Position numbers and translations under genes: made by a program
Notes under the pieces: model-generated
Told to the model about the DNA's origin: nothing
What the model saw: the letters and a program-made list of their open reading frames with translations, nothing else
Databases searched by the model: none
Part shown: one piece after another, positions 38,146 through 48,573 of the stretch
How positions within the stretch are numbered: position 1 is the stretch's first letter
Layout of the letters: the number at the start of each line of letters is the position of its first letter
Assembly: GCA_964621195.1 (NCBI GenBank)
Contig: CAZULJ010000001.1
Location: forward strand, 97,200 to 161,199
Direction of reading: 5' to 3'
From: an uncultured Candidatus Saccharibacteria bacterium
GTDB taxonomy: Bacteria > Patescibacteriota > Dojkabacteria > SC72
Length of the DNA stretch: 64,000 nt

Positions 38146-39072
38146 ATGGTGCTATTTGATACAGTCACAAAAAGATATAAGGATGATATAACTGCTCTTG
38201 AGGATGTAAATTTTCAAATAGAAGAGGGAGAATTCTGTTTTGTTGTAGGGCCATCAGGTGCTGGTAAATCAACCATAATGAGACTTTTAATTAGAGAAGA
38301 GGTTCCAACCTCTGGCAGTATCTTTTTCAGAGATATTGAAGTTCCCAAATTAACAAGAAGACTACTTCCAGCATATAGGCAGAAGTTAGGTATAGTATTT
38401 CAAGATATAAAATTACTACCGAGTAAAACTTTAGACGAAAATATTGCATTTGCACTCGAGATCTTAGATAAAAGCCCCAAGGAAATAATAGATACTACGG
38501 ACTATTTACTTGATCTTGTAGGACTAAGAGATAGAAGGAAGCTATTCCCAAATGAGTTATCAGGTGGTGAACAACAAAGGGGAGCAATAGCCAGAGCTCT
38601 TGCTAACAAACCAGACCTATTTATCGCAGATGAACCTACTGGTAACCTAGATATTGTTAATGCAAACCAAATCCTTGAGATATTAAAAACAATAAACAAG
38701 TCTGGTACAACTGTTATGGTAATATCCCACGATCTAAACCTTGTAAATGATTCCAAAGGAAGAACTATACGTATAGTTAATGGTAAACTTGAATCAGATA
38801 CAAAGGGATTACAGCCTAAAAAAGAAGTTGAAATTGAGAAAAAAGAAGAAGTTAAGGAAGAAATTAAAACAGAAGAGACTCTTGATGATGAATTCAAAGG
38901 ATTAAGCGATTCTTTAAAAAACAAATTTAAGAAATTTGCAATAAAGAGTCCTGAGATACTGCTGAATATAACAACAGGAGATCTTAAAAATATGAAATTA
39001 AGTAAAAATGAGCATAAAGAACTAGAGAATTTTGTAAAAAATTATTTAAGTAACTCTAATAAACATGCTTAA
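38146..39072 (+). CDS. ftsE: cell division ABC ATPase FtsE with low-complexity Lys/Glu C-terminal tail
   Basis: GPSGAGKST and LSGGEQQR. Confidence 0.9.
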   Translation: MVLFDTVTKRYKDDITALEDVNFQIEEGEFCFVVGPSGAGKSTIMRLLIREEVPTSGSIFFRDIEVPKLTRRLLPAYRQKLGIVFQDIKLLPSKTLDENIAFALEILDKSPKEIIDTTDYLLDLVGLRDRRKLFPNELSGGEQQRGAIARALANKPDLFIADEPTGNLDIVNANQILEILKTINKSGTTVMVISHDLNLVNDSKGRTIRIVNGKLESDTKGLQPKKEVEIEKKEEVKEEIKTEETLDDEFKGLSDSLKNKFKKFAIKSPEILLNITTGDLKNMKLSKNEHKELENFVKNYLSNSNKHA

Positions 39073-39997
39073 TGCCTCAAGAATCTTCAAGGTAACAACT
39101 ACAAACGTAAAAAGAAATAAATGGTTAACAATATCTACCATATTTGTTTCTGCAATAGTATTTACACTCTCTTCTGTGTTTATCTCTATGTCTATACTTA
39201 CACAAAAGGCTGTAGACTACTATGAACAGAAGGCTCAGGTAATAGTATTTTTTAAGAAGGGTACATCTGAAACAGACATTCTTACCTTTAGAGATACAAT
39301 CTATAATGCCGAGTTGATTGAACAAATAGACTATGTATCACAAGAGCAAGCATTGGATATCTACAAAGAAGATTTTGCAGATAATCCTGATCTAATCTCT
39401 ACAGTGACTGCAGATTCACTTCCTGCAAGTTTAGAAATAAGGGCTAAGAGTATAGATGCCCTACTCCAAGTTATTGAAGATATAAATAAGGCGAAAGAAA
39501 CCAATGCCTCTGTCGATGAAGTTATGTATTTCAGAGATGTAGTCGAAAATATGAGATCCCTTTCAAGACTTATAAACATAGGATCTATTGTGTTAATAAC
39601 AGCAATGGGTATCGTCACGATTTCTTTAATAAGAGTAACTATTGGCTTTAATATAAAACTTCATCAGGAAGAGATCCAAATTATGCATTTAGTAGGTAGT
39701 TCAGATCGTTTTATCAGAACCCCATTCATTCTTGAAGGCACCTTCTATGGATTCATCGGAGGATTAATCTCTTCAATATTGATACTTCTACCTTGGTACT
39801 CAGTTATCTACTACACAAAAGGTACAGATTTCTCATTCTGGGTAGATCAACTCTTTACAGATTTTAGTATGCCTTTCCTTGTAAGATTTGACTTCCTTTT
39901 CATACTAGTTTACCTTTTAATACATATACTAATAGGTTCACTTATTGGTCTTCTTAGTAGCTATAGTGCTGTAAGAAAATATTTAAGGGAATATTAA
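39065..39997 (+). CDS. ftsX: cell division permease FtsX
   Basis: Four-TM FtsX topology, coupled to ftsE. Confidence 0.8.
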   Translation: MLNASRIFKVTTTNVKRNKWLTISTIFVSAIVFTLSSVFISMSILTQKAVDYYEQKAQVIVFFKKGTSETDILTFRDTIYNAELIEQIDYVSQEQALDIYKEDFADNPDLISTVTADSLPASLEIRAKSIDALLQVIEDINKAKETNASVDEVMYFRDVVENMRSLSRLINIGSIVLITAMGIVTISLIRVTIGFNIKLHQEEIQIMHLVGSSDRFIRTPFILEGTFYGFIGGLISSILILLPWYSVIYYTKGTDFSFWVDQLFTDFSMPFLVRFDFLFILVYLLIHILIGSLIGLLSSYSAVRKYLREY

Positions 39998-41305
39998 ATG
40001 AAAAAAGTATTTTTTGTATTAACAATTTGTATATTCTTTATAACCCTAGTTATGGCTCCTTTTGCTAGCTCCGTTCAAGCAACCGATGCTTGTCCAGAAT
40101 CTATGCCAATACAGGAGAGATATCTTTGCTTACAAAAAGAGCTTGAGAAGCTAGAGGGTAATCAGGGTTCCCTCCAAAAGAAACTAAAGGATGAAGACTA
40201 TCAGCAACTCTCCCTTAAAGAAAAAATCTCATACATCAGTACACAGATAGCACAGACTGAAAATGTTATAGATACACTACATATGGAGATATTAACACAG
40301 GATTTAGAGATAAACTTCTTAACTAAAGAAATACAGGAGAAAGAAGATAGTCTAAGTATCCTTAAGCAAGAGATTAATACATTACAAGAGACAGTAAATA
40401 AACGTGTTACAGAGTCATATAAATATTCATACGTTGGGGCATTGGAGTTGATAATGGATGTAAAGAATATTGATACAATATTAAGAAAAACAAAATATCT
40501 AATAGAAACAAGAGCAAAGGACAAGAGTTCTCTCGAAGAGTATGGACAAAAGAAACAGGAGATTGAGCGAGACGAACTACTTTTGGCAGAGAAAAAGGCC
40601 GAATTACAATTAAAGAGAAATGACATAGAGGAAGAAAAAGATCAGCTAGTTGAAGAAAAGAAAAATTTGGATGTACAGAAAGCAGAAAAAGATAAACTTC
40701 TTGCAGAATCACAAAGAAGAGAGAATGAATACAAGGCTCAATTACAGGTGGTAACACAGGCGATATCAGAGGCTGACAATATGATTTCGGAGTTGGTAAT
40801 AGAGCTGTTTAATCAAGGTCTTTTAGGTAATGGTACAAGAGTTGTGGCAGGTCAAACAATTGGATATCAAGGCCATACAGGATGTTCATATGGATCACAT
40901 TTGCATTTCGATATTAGGAATGCCAGCAATGTAAGGTTAAACCCCTTCCCTACATACCTAACATATAGCGGTGGATATGTACTTAGTAACAAATATCTTT
41001 CACCAATGAGAAGTGCATACCTAACACAGGGATATCATTCAGGCCACTTAGCAATTGATATGGTAAGTTTGGCAGATGGGAATCAAAATCTAGAGAAGTA
41101 TACAGTACCTAGAGGCTTATGCCCTATTGTAGATTCCTTAATTGATCGATATGGTAATCAAGCATACTTAACAGGAGAGGGTGCACCTATTAAAGCAATA
41201 TCTTCTGGTAAAGTATATTACGGGATAGAATCAAAATGGGGTGGTAAGTATGCCCTAGTGGTACATGACGATGGCTTTAAATCCTTCTATCTCCACATTA
41301 GATAA
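39998..41305 (+). CDS. M23 peptidase with N-terminal coiled coil (EnvC/PcsB-like FtsEX partner)
   Basis: GHTGCSYGSHLHFDIRN (HxH). Long coiled coil. Immediately after ftsEX. Confidence 0.8.
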   Translation: MKKVFFVLTICIFFITLVMAPFASSVQATDACPESMPIQERYLCLQKELEKLEGNQGSLQKKLKDEDYQQLSLKEKISYISTQIAQTENVIDTLHMEILTQDLEINFLTKEIQEKEDSLSILKQEINTLQETVNKRVTESYKYSYVGALELIMDVKNIDTILRKTKYLIETRAKDKSSLEEYGQKKQEIERDELLLAEKKAELQLKRNDIEEEKDQLVEEKKNLDVQKAEKDKLLAESQRRENEYKAQLQVVTQAISEADNMISELVIELFNQGLLGNGTRVVAGQTIGYQGHTGCSYGSHLHFDIRNASNVRLNPFPTYLTYSGGYVLSNKYLSPMRSAYLTQGYHSGHLAIDMVSLADGNQNLEKYTVPRGLCPIVDSLIDRYGNQAYLTGEGAPIKAISSGKVYYGIESKWGGKYALVVHDDGFKSFYLHIR

Positions 41306-41388
41306 TTCTTTGCTAATTAGTAAACTTTCTGCTAAACTTTTTTTAGTTTAAACTATAAGTTTACTTTTAATTTTTCAAGATATGCCTA

Positions 41389-42210
41389 ATGGCAAAAGCA
41401 AAAGATAAAAAATCAACACAACCAGAGGTAGTTTCTAAGCCAAAGAAGGAAACTACAACCAAACCAAGTATCAAGATAAAGTTTTCTAAACCCAATCTTG
41501 AAAATTACAAGGGTCTTGTCAAACCTGCTCTTACTGTACTTGTAGTATTAGTATCATTTGTTCTAGTTGATCTTTTAGTTCAATACCTTAACAATGACTA
41601 CAGCGTAGCTGTTGTAAATGGAGTAAGAATTACAAAGAGTGAATATCATGAGAAATTAGAAAAACTGTATGGTGAATCCACTGCAAAACAGTTAATAGAT
41701 CAGGAAATTGTAAAACAGGAAGCATTGAAAGCAGATGTAACAGCAACAGAGGAGGAAGTTCAAGAGAGATTAGACGACATTATTACAAGTATTGGTGGAC
41801 AGGAATCATATGAAGCTGCATTAGTTGCAAACAATCTTACAGAAGAAGATCTTAAGGTTCAGATAGAAGAAGATATTGTAACAAAGAAACTTCTTGAACC
41901 AACAATCGAGTATTCAGATGAAGATGTAAAAGCATTCTTTGATCAATATAGTGCTGTAATCTTCCCAAATGAGACAGCAGCTCTAGAAGAGGGAGAGAAG
42001 CTAGATTACGAGCTATACAAAGAAGAAACTACAGATATCTTCCTTCAGCAAGAGGTAGAGAAAGAGAAATATACATGGATTGATGGACTATATTCAGAGT
42101 ATAAGATTCAAGATAATACAGTTGAAAAACCAAAATATGGAATATTAACAACAACAATAAATATCTTTAAGAATCTATTCTCCGATATGAATAGTAATGA
42201 AACAGAGTAA
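41389..42210 (+). CDS. membrane-anchored SurA-N/PrsA-like chaperone-domain protein
   Basis: N-terminal TM. Helical domain resembling the SurA N-terminal domain. No PPIase motifs seen. Confidence 0.4.
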   Translation: MAKAKDKKSTQPEVVSKPKKETTTKPSIKIKFSKPNLENYKGLVKPALTVLVVLVSFVLVDLLVQYLNNDYSVAVVNGVRITKSEYHEKLEKLYGESTAKQLIDQEIVKQEALKADVTATEEEVQERLDDIITSIGGQESYEAALVANNLTEEDLKVQIEEDIVTKKLLEPTIEYSDEDVKAFFDQYSAVIFPNETAALEEGEKLDYELYKEETTDIFLQQEVEKEKYTWIDGLYSEYKIQDNTVEKPKYGILTTTINIFKNLFSDMNSNETE

Positions 42211-42234
42211 GATATATAAATATCTATATATAAA

Positions 42235-42256
42235 GAGGGGGCTTTTTAGCCCCCTT
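42235..42256. terminator. bidirectional intrinsic terminator between convergent genes
   Basis: AGGGGGCTTTTTAGCCCCCTT perfect GC hairpin flanked by T/A runs. Confidence 0.7.
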
Positions 42257-42267
42257 CTCATTTTATA

Positions 42268-42858
42268 TTACAAAGTACTATCTGCAGGCTCTACTAAACC
42301 ATAATCACCACCATCTCTTTTGTAAAGCATTGATATCTTTCCTGTTTTTTTACTTCTGAATAATAATTGGTCATAACCCAGTAACTCCATTTTCTCAATT
42401 GCTTCTCCCTCCTCTAAAGGACTCATATCCTCAATTTTCTTTCTTACTGAAATACTAGGTACATAGTCAGAATAGTCATCCATCATCTCTACTGGGGTAT
42501 TGTTTAAATTATCAGCCTCCAACACCTTCCAAGGTGTAGCGCCTTCCCAATATGATCTTCTATCGATATATCTTTTTAATCTCCTAGCTAGGGTATCCGA
42601 TGCCTCATCAATATTTGCATACATATCAGGCCCTGTAACCTCTACTCTAACTGTAGAATTTGGCAATGATACATTTATATCTATTCTGAAGTCATGATCA
42701 ACACCCTTTCTGTTTACAAACTCTTTTAGAAAAACCTCTAAATCTACAGCCTCCGCAAAGAGATGGGCATGTTTTCCAATCTTTTCTAGTACATACTTTT
42801 TAATTGGCTCTGTGGGTTCCATCCCTACAAAATTTATCTTGACCTCTTCTAGATTCAT
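42268..42858 (-). CDS. hpf: ribosome hibernation promoting factor (long HPF)
   Basis: N-terminal YfiA/S30AE fold plus C-terminal dimerisation domain. Confidence 0.85.
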   Translation of the reverse strand: MNLEEVKINFVGMEPTEPIKKYVLEKIGKHAHLFAEAVDLEVFLKEFVNRKGVDHDFRIDINVSLPNSTVRVEVTGPDMYANIDEASDTLARRLKRYIDRRSYWEGATPWKVLEADNLNNTPVEMMDDYSDYVPSISVRKKIEDMSPLEEGEAIEKMELLGYDQLLFRSKKTGKISMLYKRDGGDYGLVEPADSTL

Positions 42859-42914
42859 ATATTCGAGGATTACAATTTATATATATAAATATCTTACCCC
42901 AAAACAAATACTTT

Positions 42915-43217
42915 ATGAAATTAAAAGATCTTGATATAATATCCTATAATATTTTGCAACAACATATGGGAGACCCAATAGATAGTATTTTTAAAAATCC
43001 AGAAGAATATGTTTTAATAACTGATATGGATCAAATTGTCGGTGTCTATCCAGAGCTATTCGAACATGCAACTGCAAATCCCTCACCATACTTCCAAACA
43101 GACGCTCTAGAATGTGAAGTAGAAGTATACAAAGGGCAGAATAGAAGAAGACCAAGATATATACTTTTTAACTCCGGTATAGTATCACTAGATACCTTGG
43201 GTAAAAGAAATGTCTGA
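42915..43217 (+). CDS. hypothetical protein; in-frame TGA followed by 71 further sense codons to 43430
   Basis: ORF track. The extension 43218..43430 translates in the same frame to a non-low-complexity sequence ending in TAA. Confidence 0.4.
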   Translation: MKLKDLDIISYNILQQHMGDPIDSIFKNPEEYVLITDMDQIVGVYPELFEHATANPSPYFQTDALECEVEVYKGQNRRRPRYILFNSGIVSLDTLGKRNV

Positions 43218-43485
43218 GATATAGATTTTCACTCACCAGAATGGGAGGTTTTACTTTTAAGATTAGATGCTGAAGTTAGAGATAGAGTTAACGGACATGA
43301 AAGTGGATTAACGCCAGATATTGAAACAGACTCTGGAGGATATTCACTAAGAATATTCCCCTACTATGACCAAGAAGCGTCCAGAATTGTAATTTTCGAA
43401 CTAGATACTAAGTATCAAGAGATCCAATAATTGTTCTTGCAGAATGTAATCTCTGTAGATATAATAGTTCTGTTACTATTGATAT

Positions 43486-43560
43486 TCCGCGATAGCTCAA
43501 TGGTAGAGCGAACGGCTGTTAACCGTTTGGTTCCAGGTTCGAGTCCTGGTCGCGGAGCCA
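43486..43560 (+). tRNA. tRNA-Asn (anticodon GUU), CCA encoded
   Basis: Acceptor TCCGCGA/TCGCGGA, anticodon stem AACGG/CCGTT with loop CTGTTAA. Confidence 0.85.
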
Positions 43561-43690
43561 GTATAAAAATATTTTCCATTAAAGAAATGATTAATCAATC
43601 TTAATAGATTGATCAATTTTTCATAATCAAAATACCAGAAATCATTGATTAATCTTTTAAGAATGTACCAGTTAGAACAAGAGAATTTTT

Positions 43691-43748
43691 CGTAGGTGGG
43701 AGTAATATGAGGATCTTTTTTGTTGTAGAACACTCTACTCCCACCTAC
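43691..43748. repeat. 14-bp perfect inverted repeat (CGTAGGTGGGAGTA / TACTCCCACCTACG) with 30-nt spacer
   Basis: Seen directly. Preceded by AT-rich inverted repeats (GATTAATCAATC / CATTGATTAATC) at 43589-43655. Lies downstream of tRNA-Asn. Confidence 0.6.
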
Positions 43749-43801
43749 GCCGGATGAACGCCGGAATATTTGGTTAAATTAGTCCAGACCTACTTCAGCA
43801 T

Positions 43802-44377
43802 ATGCTTGGAGATTTTAGAGATCTTACAGATCAAACAGAAGAAAAAACTGCTACAAGGTCAATTGTTTTAGATAGTTTCAAAATATATATTGAGGCCAAA
43901 AATGAGGAAACCGGAGAGCTGGACGAAAGTGCAATTACAGAACCCTTTGCTAGAGTTTTCGTTCCAACCTTTGACCAATCCATAACAGAATCATATGAAC
44001 GAAGAAGACCTAGATTAGGTCCACAAGATCCCGCATACATACCCTTATGGGTATTAACAAGCTTTAAACCAGATGAAAACAAAATGGATGCAAAGAAACA
44101 CTATGGAGAATCTCCAGAAGTTGATCCCCTCTTAGATGGTGAGAGTGTACAGGTCTCCGATGAAGGAATTAAATCTGTAGCACAAATTCTCGCCGATACA
44201 CTTGTAATATACGAGATGATCGATATAGATACTGGTGGAATTAATCCACGGGTGGGACTTTTAGGTGCTAATAGAGCTGATTTAAAAAAGAACAATCCAA
44301 ACGCACTTCGAGTATTAGACACTTTCATTGATAAAATAATGCAAAGAAAAAAGAATAATCCTCCCTCTCCTCAATAA
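43802..44377 (+). CDS. hypothetical protein
   Basis: ORF track only. No recognisable motif. Confidence 0.35.
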   Translation: MLGDFRDLTDQTEEKTATRSIVLDSFKIYIEAKNEETGELDESAITEPFARVFVPTFDQSITESYERRRPRLGPQDPAYIPLWVLTSFKPDENKMDAKKHYGESPEVDPLLDGESVQVSDEGIKSVAQILADTLVIYEMIDIDTGGINPRVGLLGANRADLKKNNPNALRVLDTFIDKIMQRKKNNPPSPQ

Positions 44378-44396
44378 GAACCTAAACAAAGAACCA

Positions 44397-45423
44397 ATGT
44401 CAAAGAAATATAAAGATGATGGAAAGAAAATAGAGAAAAGTATTGCATATATAATAATGTCATTTCTTTTTTTTGTTGGATTTTTCCTTGGTATTTTAGT
44501 AAAAGTACTCTTCCCAACAGAATATACCGAGCAATACAGACAAACAAGAAGTGGAGGATATGAATATATAAATCCACTTGTAGATTTTGAAAGTATTGAA
44601 TCTGCGAAAGTAGGAGAACTTTTTGCACTACAAAAGGAACTCGATGAGTATGTATCTAATACAACTGAGGATTACAATGCTACAAAAGTTTCTCACATTT
44701 CAATATATTACAAAGATCTAAACTCCGGTGGTTGGATAGGTGTAAATGAGAATGAAAAATTTTCTCCCGCAAGTCTACTGAAGTTACCCATTATGATAGC
44801 GACATACAAATTAGCGGAGATAGACCCCACAATACTAACTACGGAAGTAGAATTTAGGAGGAAGGAAGAAAGAATTTATCAAATTGTAGAACCAGAGGAG
44901 ACACTAATTGAAGGACAAATATATACAATTGATACATATATAGAAAGACTTATAAAGTATTCTGATAACAATGCAATAGAGCCTATACTCTCCTCTCTTG
45001 AATATACTGAATTGGCTAATGTTTACAAAGATCTTGGAATTCCAAATCCGTACGAAACAGAAGCAGAAGATGTTATGACCGTTAAAGATTACGCTTTTTT
45101 CTTTAGAATCCTTTACAATGCTTCATATTTAAATAAAGATATGTCTACAAAAGCACTAAAACTACTAGCCGAAACAAACTATAACAATGGAATAACTGCA
45201 GGAGTACCAAGCAATATAAAAGTTGCAAACAAGTTTGGAGAGAGAGAATTATTTTGATAAAGAAAATGAGGAAAAGAGACAACTCCACGATTGTGGAATT
45301 GTATACCACCCAGGTAAACCATATATCCTTTGTGTAATGACTAAAGGTGAAAATTTCGAAGATCTACGAACAGTTATAAGTTCTATATCCAAGAGAATTT
45401 ATAATAACGTAAATGGTGATTAA
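44397..45423 (+). pseudogene. class-A beta-lactamase-like / PBP-like serine hydrolase, interrupted by a +1 frameshift near 45220-45260
   Basis: N-terminal TM anchor. SxxK (FSPASLLKL) and SDN (YSDNNA) are in frame 1. The C-terminal class-A-like segment (HDCGIVYHPGKPYILCVMTKG) is in the overlapping ORF 45223..45423. The junction is in an AGAGAGAGA run. Confidence 0.5.
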
Positions 45424-45477
45424 TACCTTGAAAGTTCTGGTATAATTGCTTGCAATAATATAGAAGGATAACTCCTA

Positions 45478-46434
45478 GTGAAAAAATATCTCTCCTTGAT
45501 AATAACAACAACGGTATTAATCCTTTTTGGATTCTATATATACAAAAATCCCGAAATAATTAATACCGTCCTAAGTGTGAGCCCCCTATTTATCATATTA
45601 ATAATGCTTTTATTCCTAGGCCTATTTTTCATAGAGGGAATATTTATCAAAGCAACTCTGAAGGTCTTTGAAAAAGATATAGACTTAAGAGAAGCGTATT
45701 ATCTATCCAGCATATCAAGAATAGGTAATTTCTTACTCCCCCTAAGAGCCGGAGCTGTTTTTAGAGCAACCTACTTAAAGAATAAACATAATTTTGATTA
45801 TACGAAGTTTCTATCAACACTCTATACCTACTATATATTACTATTCCTATTAAATTCCGTAATCGCATTACTCGCAATACTAATCAAGTACTTAGAGAGT
45901 GGGGAAAGCTATACTCTTGTTACACTTTTTTTTATCGGAATATTTCTCTCCATGCTCTTCTTAATACTAGCCAGGAAACCAATTGAGATAGGAAGTTTTA
46001 CCTTACCTAAAATTGTAGTTAAAGTCCAAAATCTTCTCTCACAATTTATTACCTCATGGGATAAGATAGTAAGAAGCAAAGAACTATTCAAAACGCTCTT
46101 CTATCTCACAATGGGAAATATTTTTATATCTGCAGTTATACATTACCTTGAATTTATATCGCTAGGAATAGAAACAACAGTAACAGATATCGTATTGTAT
46201 ACATGCCTATCGGGAGTATCTCTATTGATTAGCATTACTCCAGGTTCAATAGGACTAAGAGAGGGAGTATTTGTACTTACTTCGGAATCAATAGGGATTA
46301 ATCAACAACAAATTATGGAGTTAGCACTTCTAGACAGAGGAATAATGTTTGTATTACTACTTTTAATACTTTTGTTTATAACCCTTTTTGTTAAAAGCTT
46401 TAAATTAAAAGATATTTTCTTTGCAAAAGCTTAG
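45478..46434 (+). CDS. UPF0104/LPG-synthase-TM (flippase-like) family membrane protein
   Basis: ISRIGNFLLPLRAGAVFRATYLK. Confidence 0.55.
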   Translation: MKKYLSLIITTTVLILFGFYIYKNPEIINTVLSVSPLFIILIMLLFLGLFFIEGIFIKATLKVFEKDIDLREAYYLSSISRIGNFLLPLRAGAVFRATYLKNKHNFDYTKFLSTLYTYYILLFLLNSVIALLAILIKYLESGESYTLVTLFFIGIFLSMLFLILARKPIEIGSFTLPKIVVKVQNLLSQFITSWDKIVRSKELFKTLFYLTMGNIFISAVIHYLEFISLGIETTVTDIVLYTCLSGVSLLISITPGSIGLREGVFVLTSESIGINQQQIMELALLDRGIMFVLLLLILLFITLFVKSFKLKDIFFAKA

Positions 46435-47767
46435 ATTAAATATACACAAAGTGATAATTGGAATTTGTATAGGAATATTCCTACTTTTTACTGTATACAT
46501 GGCATTCAACGTCAAGATGGGTATATCATCAGACTCCTGGTACCATCTAAAAGTCTCACAAGAGTATGCGAAGACATTGGGTATACCCGAGAACAATCCA
46601 GACACATATCAATGGAGAGATATCTCTCATATTCCATACCTGTATTTCTGGATCAATGGAAGGATATTAAACTTAAATTCCATCCTTTTGAACATTAATG
46701 AGGCTATCCTTCTAAGAATAATCAGCATCCTCTACTCCCTCCTTACTGTAATAGGTGTATATCTCTTGTCAAAAGAGTTTCTCAAGGGAAAGATTCTTCA
46801 AACATTACCAACAGTAATACTTACAAATACCCTTATGTTTCTTTTTCTTTCAAGTTCAATAAATTACGATAACTTGGGAAATCTTTTTGCAGTATTTAGT
46901 ATTTATTTCTTTATAAAAAGTATAAAAAACAGAGGCGAAAATATCTTTCCAATCCTTATGATTCTTACACTGTGCTTAGGAGTTTTAACTAAGTATACTT
47001 TAACACCACTAGCATTCATTCTTGTCCTGTTACTTTCCATTGATATATGGAAAAACCGAAATACTTGGAAATTGAATATAGGTAGAAAAGAATTGCTATT
47101 ACTTATTCCTACAATCATATTAATAGCTCTAAACATCCAGCTCTACGGTACGAATCTATACAAATACAAAGAATTAACTCCTAGCTGCGAAAAGGTATTA
47201 ACCTATGAACAATGTCTTTCAAACGGAGTATTTTATAGAGATGAAATTACTATTCCTTCTGTTGATGTAGATCTATTTAGAATGATTAAGCAGGGAGAAA
47301 GAGTTGATCCAATCTCATACAGCATAATATGGACATGGTTAATGACAAAGAAAATAGTGGGTATTATGGGAGACAGCAGTTTCTATCATTCAATACCAGT
47401 AATAACAATATTTTTTCTTTTCTATGTCGGGACTTTTCTATATGGGGTTTTTAATATAAAAAAATACACGCCGATAGAGAGATACCTACTAGGAATACTC
47501 TTCCTCTATGGATTAATTCTAATGATTGTACAAAATTACGATATGTATCTCAAAAAAGGATATCCTGATTTAGCACTACAAGGTAGATACATATTTCCAG
47601 TTATCGCACCCTTGTATATCTCTTTAGTGATGACTTGGGCAAAGATTAAGAACAAGAGAGTAAGAAATATTGTAGTAATTTCAATATTAATCCTACTAAT
47701 TGCACTCTCTATACCATACTTTTTACTCAACATTGATAACCAATGGCTTGGAGTTATCTCTTACTAA
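46421..47767 (+). CDS. GT-C fold membrane glycosyltransferase (ArnT/PMT-like)
   Basis: Multi-TM protein with an N-terminal acidic loop (SSDSWYH). Confidence 0.45.
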   Translation: MQKLRLNIHKVIIGICIGIFLLFTVYMAFNVKMGISSDSWYHLKVSQEYAKTLGIPENNPDTYQWRDISHIPYLYFWINGRILNLNSILLNINEAILLRIISILYSLLTVIGVYLLSKEFLKGKILQTLPTVILTNTLMFLFLSSSINYDNLGNLFAVFSIYFFIKSIKNRGENIFPILMILTLCLGVLTKYTLTPLAFILVLLLSIDIWKNRNTWKLNIGRKELLLLIPTIILIALNIQLYGTNLYKYKELTPSCEKVLTYEQCLSNGVFYRDEITIPSVDVDLFRMIKQGERVDPISYSIIWTWLMTKKIVGIMGDSSFYHSIPVITIFFLFYVGTFLYGVFNIKKYTPIERYLLGILFLYGLILMIVQNYDMYLKKGYPDLALQGRYIFPVIAPLYISLVMTWAKIKNKRVRNIVVISILILLIALSIPYFLLNIDNQWLGVISY

Positions 47768-48453
47768 ATAGCTCTTTCCAAGATACGCAGGACACCCTCT
47801 AGGTTCTGCAAATACAAAATACCATCTAAACCCATATATCCTCCCTCTTCTACCTTACCATCTCTCCATACAGACTGACGAAGAATATGAAGATTTCTCT
47901 TGTTGTAATCAACAATTGCTCTAATGAATTCTTTTGGATCAAATTGCCCCGTTTCTATATACCATTGAGCATATGTAGGGATATCCCTATTCTTACTCCC
48001 ATCTATTTGCCAAGGAATAAATATTGTTGGGAAAGTACCTGCCCTATTCTTCTTTCTTAATCCTTTACTAGAATTGTTGATAGTAACATCTAGGAATCTA
48101 GTTTCCCCAAAACCTGAAAGCTTGAAATCTTGCCCCCATACATCCTCGTCAGCAGATGCTGGAGTACATTTCAAACAAAGTGATAGGCAAGCTTCCATGA
48201 AAAAGACTTCGGCAAGAATACCTCTTGAAACTTCATTTACCTCTCTTGGATCTTCAATTTCATCTAGTTCCTCAAATTCCCTCTTTGTATCCAGAAAACA
48301 CTCCTCATACCATTCGTATCTTGAACCTTGTTCTAATCTGTAATCAATAAGTGCACATGCTCGTGCCCTCAATTCTTCCCATCTCTGCTGATATGGTGCT
48401 TGCTCTTCTTCGTATACTGGTGTTCGTAAGAGAGTAGTATCAGTTTTTAGCAA
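47764..48453 (-). CDS. hypothetical cytoplasmic protein, locally higher GC
   Basis: ORF track. Cys cluster CLSLCLKC. No recognisable family. Confidence 0.35.
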   Translation of the reverse strand: MLKTDTTLLRTPVYEEEQAPYQQRWEELRARACALIDYRLEQGSRYEWYEECFLDTKREFEELDEIEDPREVNEVSRGILAEVFFMEACLSLCLKCTPASADEDVWGQDFKLSGFGETRFLDVTINNSSKGLRKKNRAGTFPTIFIPWQIDGSKNRDIPTYAQWYIETGQFDPKEFIRAIVDYNKRNLHILRQSVWRDGKVEEGGYMGLDGILYLQNLEGVLRILERAI

Positions 48454-48573
48454 TATTTAGTACTGAAACGTTATTATCCATTCTAAAGAATTATTACCTA
48501 CATGGCAACTTTAAATTTACACTGAATTACAGAGATGCTACTATTTAGATATATAAGTTTAGACATACTAAAT

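Noticed and set aside
38502-38924. 140-aa antisense ORF inside ftsE, and similar ORFs inside gpmI, gatB, ileS, ftsZ and capA
   Set aside because: They are antisense to strongly supported genes and have Ser/Leu-rich low-complexity translations.
43497-43733. 78-aa minus-strand ORF overlapping tRNA-Asn
   Set aside because: It covers the tRNA-Asn gene and a structured intergenic region. An artefact of AT-rich sequence.
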